From an uncultured cyanobacterium (GTDB taxonomy: Bacteria; Cyanobacteriota; Cyanobacteriia; Cyanobacteriales; Nostocaceae), in NCBI GenBank assembly GCA_963740315.1, contig CAVUDP010000002.1:960001-1024000 (forward strand): a stretch of 64,000 bases of DNA, in the 5' to 3' direction. The position numbers were made by a program, and so were the translations under genes. Each line of letters begins with the position of its first letter. The stretch's first letter is position 1. The notes beneath the pieces are model-generated. The model saw only the letters and a program-made list of their open reading frames with translations. It was not told the origin of the DNA and made no database searches. Shown one piece after another: positions 1 to 7,897 of the stretch.

Positions 1-2
1 TG

Positions 3-392
3 AAAGATATTGAAAGCGAAAAATTAGTCGAAGCAGTAGAGGCAACAGCTTCAAGTGGTTCTTGGATCGATCCAGCTATTGCAGATATTGTACTGCGACA
101 AGTGCGTCAGGAAGTAACCCAAGGAAAAGCGGATGCGGATGCAAAAACAGTCGCAATTCAAGCGGTAGATCCAGAAGTTGAAAAAGTTATAGAAACTTAT
201 CCTTTAACAAAACGGGAATTAGAAGTATTAGAATTGATAGTTTCTGGATGCGACAATGCAGCAATTGCCAAGGAACTATACTTAACAATCGGTACCGTCA
301 AAACCCACGTGCGAGGGATTCTCAGCAAACTGTGCGTTGACGATCGCACTCAAGCAGCAGTACGGGCTTTACGCTCTGGGATAGTACAGTAA
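3..392 (+). CDS. NarL/LuxR-family response regulator, C-terminal part (5' end outside window)
   Basis: Frame open from base 3 (KDIESEKLVEAVEA...WIDPAIA); LuxR HTH LTKRELEVLELIVSG...IAKELYLTIGTVKTHVRGILSKL. Confidence 0.92.
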   Translation, partial: KDIESEKLVEAVEATASSGSWIDPAIADIVLRQVRQEVTQGKADADAKTVAIQAVDPEVEKVIETYPLTKRELEVLELIVSGCDNAAIAKELYLTIGTVKTHVRGILSKLCVDDRTQAAVRALRSGIVQ

Positions 393-553
393 TCAGTGAC
401 CAGTAACCAGCGATCGGTTACTGGTTACAATTCTTCCCCCTCTTCCCCTCTTAACTTTTATCAATGTTAAAAATCGATAAAATGCAATAATAGGTTTTAC
501 TTATGGGGTGTGGTGTCTGATAAATTAGTTAAACATATACTTGTTGATGTCTT

Positions 554-561
554 GCGATCGC
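554..561. repeat. HIP1 octamer GCGATCGC (representative; dispersed throughout the window)
   Basis: Examples at 554, 1098 and 1611, with many more; hallmark of cyanobacterial genomes. Confidence 0.95.
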
Positions 562-617
562 CAGGCATATTAAAACGGTAACAAAAATTTCCTATATACT
601 ATTCCCATATAATTATC

Positions 618-2426
618 ATGGCGCTCATAGTTCAAAAATACGGTGGTTCTTCTGTTGGCTCGGTTGAACGCATTCAAGCAGTAGCAAAGCGCGTTTGCGA
701 AACTGTTTCTGGAGGAAATTCTGTAGTAGTGGTGGTTTCTGCTATGGGAAAAACTACTGATGGACTTGTGAAACTCGCCTCTGATATTTCTCCCCACCCT
801 TCAAAACGAGAAATGGATATGTTGCTTTCTACTGGGGAACAGGTATCTATTGCTTTGGTTAGTATGGCGTTGCAGGAAAACGGACAGCCAGCTATTTCTT
901 TGACTGGTGCCCAAGTAGGAATTGTTACTGAAGCCGAACACACCCGCGCTCGTATTTTACATATTGCTACCGATAGGATAGAAAAATGTTTAAATGAAGG
1001 TAGAGTCGTTGTAATTGCTGGTTTTCAGGGAATTAGCAGCACCGAAGAATTAGAAATTACCACCCTTGGACGCGGCGGTTCCGATACTTCAGCGGTGGCG
1101 ATCGCCGCTGCCTTGAACGCAGAAAAATGTGAAATTTATACAGACGTGCCAGGGATATTAACTACAGATCCCCGTTTGGTTCCAGAGGCGCGGTTGATGC
1201 CAGAAGTTACCAGCGATGAAATGCTGGAATTAGCGTCTTTAGGAGCAAAAGTTTTGCATCCCCGCGCTGTAGAAATAGCCCGCAATTACGGCGTGCGTTT
1301 GGTAGTACGCTCTAGCTGGACGGACGATCCAGGTACTATAGTTGATTCACCCAAACCAAAACCGCGTCCTTTAATTAATTTGGAAATAGCTAGACCAGTT
1401 GACGATATAGAATTTGATACAGACCAAGCGAAAGTATCATTACTGCGCGTACCGGATAAACCGGGGGTTGCAGCGCAGCTATTTGGGGAAATTGCCCGTC
1501 AAAAAGTAGACGTAGATTTAATTATTCAGTCCATCCACGAAGGTAATACCAACGACATTGCCTTTACCGTGATGACACCGATATTGAAAAAAGCCGAGGC
1601 AGTTGCTTCGGCGATCGCCCCAGCACTTCGATCGAATGATGGAGAAATTCAAGAAGCCGAAGTCATGGTAGTGCAGCAGATTGCCAAAGTAAGTATAGTC
1701 GGTGCGGGAATGATTGGTCGTCCGGGTGTTGCAGCAGAAATGTTCGCTACCCTAGCGCGTAATTCCATTAACATCAGAATGATTTCCACAAGCGAAGTAA
1801 AAGTTAGTTGCGTAATTGACTCTTCTGATTGCGACAAAGCAGTAAAAGCACTACGAGAAACATTTGAGATAGAAGATTCCGCTTCTCCCTCCCCCTCTCT
1901 CCCCCTCTCCCCATCCTCCCCACCAGTAAGAGGAGTAGCCTTAGACATGAAACAAGCGCGTTTGGGCATTCGCCGAGTTCCAGATTTACCGGGGATGGCA
2001 GAAAAAATCTTCGGAACCCTAGCGCAACATAACATCAGCGTTGATATGATTATTCAATCCCAGCGCTGTCACGTAATTAAAGGTATTCCCACGCGAGACA
2101 TTGCCTTTACCGTAGCCAGAGTTGAAGCACGAGCAGCCCAAGAATTATTGCAAAAAGCCACGGGAGAATGCGGTTGGCGTGAAGTAGTACTTGACATGGA
2201 AATCGCCAAAGTAAGCATAGTTGGTGCGGGAATGGTAGGGCAGCCAGGAGTTGCAGCCAAAATGTTTGAAGCTTTATCCCAAGAAACCATCAACATTCAA
2301 ATGATTACCACTTCAGAAATCAAAATCAGTTGCGTAGTCGCGGAGAATCAAGGAGTCAAAGCCTTAAAAGCGATTCATGCAGCATTTGAGTTGGGGGGAG
2401 AAGAGCAATTTGTGATTCCAGCGTAA
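618..2426 (+). CDS. lysC: Aspartate kinase (cyanobacterial type with four ACT domains)
   Basis: MALIVQKYGGSSV, TTLGRGGSDTSA and YTDVPG motifs; repeated ACT domains. Confidence 0.97.
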   Translation: MALIVQKYGGSSVGSVERIQAVAKRVCETVSGGNSVVVVVSAMGKTTDGLVKLASDISPHPSKREMDMLLSTGEQVSIALVSMALQENGQPAISLTGAQVGIVTEAEHTRARILHIATDRIEKCLNEGRVVVIAGFQGISSTEELEITTLGRGGSDTSAVAIAAALNAEKCEIYTDVPGILTTDPRLVPEARLMPEVTSDEMLELASLGAKVLHPRAVEIARNYGVRLVVRSSWTDDPGTIVDSPKPKPRPLINLEIARPVDDIEFDTDQAKVSLLRVPDKPGVAAQLFGEIARQKVDVDLIIQSIHEGNTNDIAFTVMTPILKKAEAVASAIAPALRSNDGEIQEAEVMVVQQIAKVSIVGAGMIGRPGVAAEMFATLARNSINIRMISTSEVKVSCVIDSSDCDKAVKALRETFEIEDSASPSPSLPLSPSSPPVRGVALDMKQARLGIRRVPDLPGMAEKIFGTLAQHNISVDMIIQSQRCHVIKGIPTRDIAFTVARVEARAAQELLQKATGECGWREVVLDMEIAKVSIVGAGMVGQPGVAAKMFEALSQETINIQMITTSEIKISCVVAENQGVKALKAIHAAFELGGEEQFVIPA

Positions 2427-2501
2427 CTCGTTCCCAGTCTCCGGCATAACTCGTTCCCAGTCTCCGGCATAACTCGTTCCCAGGCAGAGCCAGGGAACGA
2501 G
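2424..2501 (+). repeat. Left flank of RAYT: 23-bp tandem units ending in a REP-like palindrome
   Basis: TAACTCGTTCCCAG starts at 2424, 2447 and 2470 (first two continue TCTCCGGCA); palindrome CTCGTTCCC-N11-GGGAACGAG at 2473-2501. Confidence 0.9.
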
Positions 2502-2612
2502 AGAAACGGGGGCGACAAAAAAGTGAGAAATAAAACTTAGATGGATTTTAGTTCTGTGTCTGGGAACTATATTAACGAGGCTCTGCCTCCCTAACACAAA
2601 CATTTCACACTT

Positions 2613-3146
2613 ATGGGACGCTCTCGTTATAAATTCATTGAAAATAGCCCACATTTTCTCACCTGTACGATTGTCAATTGGCTTCCTGTATTTAGCCAAC
2701 CAGAATTTGCCCAAATAATTCTCAAATCCCTGGACTTTCTTTCGCGCAATCAACGGTTAACCTTGCACGCTTATGTAATTATGGAAAATCACCTTCACTT
2801 AATTGCCTCGGCGGAAAATATTTCAAAAGAAATAGCTACTTTTAAATCATTTACTGCTCGTTCGATAATCGACAAGTTGAAACAGAATAAAGCAGAGTAT
2901 TTACTTACACAATTAAAGTTTCATAAAAGACTGCACAAAACTAATCAAGATTATCAATTATGGCAAGAAGGTTCGCATCCACAGACAATATTGAGCGAAC
3001 AGATGCTGATACAAAAGTTGGAATACATACACAATAACCCGGTAAGGCGTGGTTATATAGATAACCCTGCTCACTGGCGATATTCTAGTTGTCGTAACTA
3101 TATGGATATGGAAGGAATTTTAAATATCGATGTACTGGAAATATAG
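2613..3146 (+). mobile_element. REP-associated tyrosine transposase (RAYT / TnpA-REP, Y1 HUH family)
   Basis: FLTCT, YVIMENHLHLI (HUH), WQEGSHP and YIHNNPV (catalytic Tyr) motifs; flanked by REP-like repeats. Confidence 0.9.
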
Positions 3147-3151
3147 CTTTT

Positions 3152-3309
3152 TAACTCGTTGCCAGTCTCCGGCGTGACTCGTTCCCAGTCTCCGGCGTAA
3201 CTCGTTCCCAGCCGGAGGCTGGGAATGCATTTCGGAAGGCTCCGCCTCCTGCGTGTGTGGGAGGCGGAGCCTCTTGTAAGCCATTCCCCCCGCTGTGCCA
3301 GGGAACGAG
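3152..3309 (+). repeat. Right flank of RAYT: 23-bp tandem units plus composite palindromic element
   Basis: Units at 3152, 3175 and 3198; then CTCGTTCCCAGCCGGAGGCTGGGAATG...AGGCTCCGCCTCC/GGAGGCGGAGCCT...CATTCCC...GGGAACGAG. Confidence 0.9.
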
Positions 3310-3362
3310 AAACGAGAAACAAAGCTTAGTTTGAATGATGTGCTTCCACGTTAATCAATTAT

Positions 3363-3695
3363 CAATTATTACTTTAGCTTCAACTGTTAAAAAACAAGGT
3401 TTATCGAAAACAATATGCCAGATAAATCCTCATCATAAACTAGTGCTTGATGGCTCCAAAGAGTTAATTTACTTCTATAGGATTTCCAAACTTCTTTCAA
3501 AATCGGATAAATCAGATTTTCGCAAATAGCATCTTCAGAATTATCAACAACTCCATCTGTAAACAACAAATCAAGTTCTTCTCGGAATGAATCTTTAACC
3601 GGAAAATCCACTTCCAGCATAAAATTTTCCTGAAAATACTTGATTTGAAACTTTCTAATTACCGCACTAATACTTTTATAATTACTAAATGCCAT
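3363..3695 (-). pseudogene. Truncated/frameshifted conserved cyanobacterial protein, PD-(D/E)XK-like
   Basis: ORF ends shortly after DEDLSGI; a shifted frame continues IVFDKPCFLTVEAK (ExK-like motif) and then stops. Confidence 0.55.
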
Positions 3696-3762
3696 AAATC
3701 AATTATCAATTATCAATTATCAATTATCACCCTCTAAGTAAGGCTGATAAATTGTTCATCGA

Positions 3763-4203
3763 TCACTGATATTGTCTACCTAAAACTGCCATATCTTCAG
3801 CATCCAATTCTACAGGTGTACCGCTGCGAATTAATTCGGCAAAATCTTCATTGGGAACCATAATAGTTAAAGTATATAAACGTCCCGATCCCGTATTTTC
3901 GATTAGATGAGTACCAGTCGCAGGAACCAGTAAACTATCTCCAGCTTTGATATTTACAGTCTTACCATCACAAGTTGCTCTACCTTCACCTTTAAGAATA
4001 AAAAACATCTCCAAAGCAAACGAATGACGATTTGGCGGAGTCTTGCCACCCACATCAAAAATTTCCACGCAACAAGTTAACGATGAATTAGCGATCGCCG
4101 GATCGAAAACAATCGCCAAACGGTTAGAATCATTAGGACTAATCCGATACGCTTGATAATCTGACGGAGACTTAATAACTGGAATTACGCAACTGTTAAT
4201 CAT
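3763..4203 (-). CDS. Cupin domain protein
   Basis: Cupin motifs GGKTPPNRHSFALEMFFILKGEG and GDSLLVPATGTHLIENTG. Confidence 0.9.
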   Translation of the reverse strand: MINSCVIPVIKSPSDYQAYRISPNDSNRLAIVFDPAIANSSLTCCVEIFDVGGKTPPNRHSFALEMFFILKGEGRATCDGKTVNIKAGDSLLVPATGTHLIENTGSGRLYTLTIMVPNEDFAELIRSGTPVELDAEDMAVLGRQYQ

Positions 4204-4205
4204 AT

Positions 4206-4540
4206 TTAGTAGTTAGTAGTTAGTAGTTAGTAGTTAGTAGTTAGTAGTTAGTAGTTAGTAGTTAGTAGTTAGTAGTTAGTAGTTAGTAGTTAGTAGTTAG
4301 TTGTTAGTTGTTGGTAATTGGTAATTGTTTCCCCATCCCCTTGTCTCCCCATCTCCCCATCCCCTTGTCTCCCCATCCCCTTGTCTCCCCATCTCCCCAT
4401 CCCCTTGTCTCCCCATCTCCCCATCCCCTTGTCTCCCCATCCCCTTGTCTCCCCATCTCCCCATCCCCCCAAAGGTTACTGAGCTTGTCGAAGTACTCCC
4501 CATCTCCCCATCCCCCCATCACCCCATCACCCCATCCCCC
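4206..4540. repeat. STRR tracts: (TTAGTAG)n followed by CCCCATCT/CCCCTTGTCT-type repeats
   Basis: Directly visible short tandem repeats typical of filamentous cyanobacteria. Confidence 0.95.
4474..4494. mobile_element. 21-nt small dispersed repeat embedded in STRR
   Basis: GGTTACTGAGCTTGTCGAAGT; reverse-complement copy at 35788-35808; interrupted copy at 18642-18687. Confidence 0.75.
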
Positions 4541-5309
4541 TCTCTCCTCCGATTCCTTCAACGATCGCTTGCGAGTCTGTAACAAAACCAAATAATTGTT
4601 TAACGTTATAAAGCGTTGCTAACCAGCAATATTCGGGGGAAGTGGTAGCGCTACAGTCTTTGATAAAAATGCAGTCATATCCTAAAAAGTTAGCATCTTG
4701 CAGGGTACATAGAACGCATTGGTCGGCATTGACACCTGCAAATAATAATGTCGTTTTACCCAAATTTCTTAAAACGCTGTCTAACGGGGTATCCCAAAAC
4801 CCGCTCATTCTAAATTTATCTATGTAAATATCTTGAGGCAACTGTTCTAATTCATCTACAACTGCCGCTGCCCAACTATCTTTTGTGAGAACTTTGGCGT
4901 TGTTGCGGGGTAAAGCATCTCCCAAACCGACACCTTCACCAGTAGGATTATAAACATGATGCAAACCCGCACTAATATTCAACAAGTCGGGACGATTTCC
5001 CCAGTTTAACCAGATTACGGGTACGTTATGCGATCGCAATACGGTCAGTAGATTTTGTAAAGGCGCGATCGGTTGCCGTGCGGGCGTTACATCTACCCCA
5101 ATATGCGCCAACCAACCATCGGGATGACAGAAATCGTTTTGCATATCGATGACGATAATAGCGGATTTTGCCAAATCAAAGCGCACATTTTTCGTTTCTG
5201 TGGCTACAATAACGGGTTGTGGATCGACGGGAGGGCGGCTGATATCTGCGATAGTATCATTTACCATCCAAGCATTCGGTGCAACTCCCAGGGTTCGTAA
5301 TGGCTTCAT
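4527..5309 (-). CDS. Cysteine hydrolase (isochorismatase-like; RutB/biuret hydrolase superfamily)
   Basis: Catalytic triad motifs IDMQNDF, DKFRMSGF and GVNADQCV. Confidence 0.9.
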   Translation of the reverse strand: MKPLRTLGVAPNAWMVNDTIADISRPPVDPQPVIVATETKNVRFDLAKSAIIVIDMQNDFCHPDGWLAHIGVDVTPARQPIAPLQNLLTVLRSHNVPVIWLNWGNRPDLLNISAGLHHVYNPTGEGVGLGDALPRNNAKVLTKDSWAAAVVDELEQLPQDIYIDKFRMSGFWDTPLDSVLRNLGKTTLLFAGVNADQCVLCTLQDANFLGYDCIFIKDCSATTSPEYCWLATLYNVKQLFGFVTDSQAIVEGIGGERGMG

Positions 5310-5452
5310 AATCGGGTAGAGGGGGGAGAGGGGGAAGAGGGGGAGACAAGGGGATGGGGGGATGGGGAGAGATAGATTTAAATTTATAACTTCTAACTCC
5401 TAACTTCTAACTCCTAACTCATAACAACTAACTCATAATAAAGGTTAAAATC

Positions 5453-6850
5453 GTGAACTTTACAATTCAAAATGTTTTAATTCCAACTGAGGATGACTAC
5501 GCAACGGTAAACGTACAAGTTAAAGATGGAAATATCGCGGCGATTTCTGCTGATTTAGATGTGGTGGGCGTTGCGATCGATGGTACGAATAAGCTGCTGT
5601 TGCCGGGATTTGTTAACGCTCATACTCACTCTTCGGAAATGTGGCAGCGGGGAATCATGTCGATTTATCCTTTAGAGTTATGGTTGGCGGAACTTTATGA
5701 TTTTGCACCTCTAGATACTGAACGAGTTTATCTTAGTGCTTTGGGTACTGCGGTAGAAACTTTACTTTCTGGGGGTACCTGTGTGGTGGATCATTTAGTT
5801 TTGATTCCCGGCAAGGAAATTGAAACGATCGCCGTGGCAGTTGAAGCTTATCGAAAAGTTGGTATTCGCGCTTTTATCGCACCTTTAATTCAAGATGAAT
5901 CTCTCACCGCTGGGATGCCTTCGGGTGAGTCGGATGTAACTCATGAGGATTATTTTCGCTCGACTCAAGCGACTTTGGAAATCATGGAAGAGGCGATAAA
6001 TAAATTTCATAAACCGGAAGATGGGATTTATTTCGCTTTAGCACCGACGGGAATTCAACTTTGTAGCGATGCTTTATTTAAAGGATGTATTGAGTTAAGT
6101 GATAAATACAATCTTTGCCGTCATTCGCATTTATTGGAAACCAAAGCCCAGGAAAAGTTAGCTAAAGAAAAGTACGGCTGTACGGCTGTCGAACATTTAC
6201 ATAAAATTGGTTATTTGAATCATCGCACTTCTCTAGCGCATTGCGTTCATTTAACAAACAACGATATTAATATTCTGGCACAAACTAAATCTACAGTAGT
6301 TCACAATCCCTTGAGTAATTTACGTTTGGGAAGTGGAATTGCACCGATTTTAAAATATCGTCAAGCAGGAATAAATGTATCCTTTGGTTGCGATGGTGCG
6401 TCAAGTAATGATTCTCAAGATTTATTAGAAGCGATTAAAATTGGTTCGATTTTACATAACGTTACGGATTTAGACTATCAACATTGGATTACACCCAGAG
6501 AATCAATAAAAATGGCTTCTTTTGGTGGAGCAAAGGGACTAAATTTAGGAGAAGAAATTGGCGATCTTACAATTGGTAAAAAAGCCGATTTAGTCATGTA
6601 CGATTTAACCAGTTTATCATTATTACCCCGTACCGATCCAGTAGGATTATTAGTGTTGGGAAGACCTACAAATGTGGTAGATTGCGTTTGGGTGAATGGT
6701 AAGCAAATTGTGGGTGATGGGAAAGTTAAAAATATTGACGTTGATAATTTACGGCAAGAATTATTTAAACATAGTCAATGGCAAACCAAGCGTAAATCGA
6801 AAACTGTCAAAGAAATTGAAACACATTATCGGGGAGTGATGGAACTGTAA
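5453..6850 (+). CDS. Metal-dependent amidohydrolase (AtzA/TriA/MtaD-like deaminase family)
   Basis: PGFVNAHTH, HSHLLET, AHCVH and GCDG metal-binding motifs. Confidence 0.92.
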   Translation: MNFTIQNVLIPTEDDYATVNVQVKDGNIAAISADLDVVGVAIDGTNKLLLPGFVNAHTHSSEMWQRGIMSIYPLELWLAELYDFAPLDTERVYLSALGTAVETLLSGGTCVVDHLVLIPGKEIETIAVAVEAYRKVGIRAFIAPLIQDESLTAGMPSGESDVTHEDYFRSTQATLEIMEEAINKFHKPEDGIYFALAPTGIQLCSDALFKGCIELSDKYNLCRHSHLLETKAQEKLAKEKYGCTAVEHLHKIGYLNHRTSLAHCVHLTNNDINILAQTKSTVVHNPLSNLRLGSGIAPILKYRQAGINVSFGCDGASSNDSQDLLEAIKIGSILHNVTDLDYQHWITPRESIKMASFGGAKGLNLGEEIGDLTIGKKADLVMYDLTSLSLLPRTDPVGLLVLGRPTNVVDCVWVNGKQIVGDGKVKNIDVDNLRQELFKHSQWQTKRKSKTVKEIETHYRGVMEL

Positions 6851-7200
6851 AATAGTTAGCAGTTCATCGCGGCAACTATACTTTTTTGAAAGAAAAATAT
6901 GTATTGGGGACTGTTAAGCTCCCCATTTACATAGTATTTACACGGTTATTCTAGAGCAAGTATAAAATATACATATTACAAAAACTTTATTTTAAGTAGC
7001 TGTTTTTAACTCCATAAATTAGAAATTTTCCTTTTAATACAAGGAATAGAGAGTGTTATTTACTCTCATATTCAAAATAAATTTTAGTTAAAGATCCGTT
7101 GATACTAAAACTTTTTCCGGATAACAATTATACAGTGAATAGATATAAGTCTAATTCCTCATTAGCTGATAGAAAAATTATGCTTTCTGTTATTGCTCTT

Positions 7201-7785
7201 AAAGGTTCGTAGTAAGCGCTGTACTCGCTCCGGATTTAGGGAACTAAAGCCCTTACTACAAACCCGTCGGAATTAATGTAATCGACTACTAGTAGTCTGT
7301 CCCATAAAATATGATAGGTTTTCTCGCGTACCCGCCTGGGGTTAAAAACCCCAGTCTAATAGCCAAAGTCCTATAAATAGGACTAAGAAACTAGTCATCA
7401 AAACGCCTGGGGACAGACCACTAGTAGTCCTTTGCATTAGTTTTGACGGGTAAAAAGGTTCGTAGTAAGCGCTTTAGCGCTCCGGATTTAGGGAACCTAA
7501 GCCTTACTACAAACCCGTCAAATTTAATGCAATCGAATACTAGTACTCCACCACATAAGTTATGAGGGGTACTTCCTCAGTCCTCTTAAGAGGACTTTCG
7601 CTATTAGACAGGGACTTGCAGTCCCTGGCGGGTTGGATGCCCACCCGTCAAAACTAATGTCGCTCCGTACTAGTAGTCCATTTCAAAAGTTTTGAAGGGT
7701 AAAAAGGTTCGTAGTAAGAGTTTTAACTCTCCGGATTTGGTGCTAAAGCCCTTACTACAAACCTGTGAAAAAGGCTTGAATTTTA
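7201..7785. mobile_element. Tandem array of five MITE-like cassettes joined at CTAG, each with hairpin cargo
   Basis: CTAG junctions at 7289, 7421, 7540 and 7670; ~30-bp imperfect TIRs of the form TAGTA..(CATTAGTTTTGACGGGT); cargo types alternate. Confidence 0.8.
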
Positions 7786-7897
7786 GTCTTTCAAAAACAT
7801 CAGATTTTTTATAAATGTGCTTATTTCAAGCAGCTCGAACCTTCGAGTAGCGATATCTCCTGCGAAAAAATAACCCAAGTAAAAAGGAAAAAACAAA

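Noticed and set aside
2424..2501. Possible mini-CRISPR next to a nuclease
   Set aside because: The 23-bp units are contiguous with no spacers, and the adjacent gene is an HUH transposase.
2364..2753. Minus-strand ORFs at 2364-2753 and 3098-3322 sharing the peptide LGTSYAGDWERV
   Set aside because: The shared peptide comes from translating the 23-bp RAYT-flanking repeats, and both ORFs overlap real genes antisense.
4290..4595. Several overlapping G/W/P-rich ORFs
   Set aside because: They are translations of STRR DNA. The same applies to ORFs at 21744-21977, 31483-31689, 33523-33744, 35855-36082 and the 5' extension at 41503.
7201..7785. Possible CRISPR or integron array
   Set aside because: The units have terminal inverted repeats and recurring cargos. 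There are no unique spacers, no ORF cassettes with attC motifs and no integrase nearby.
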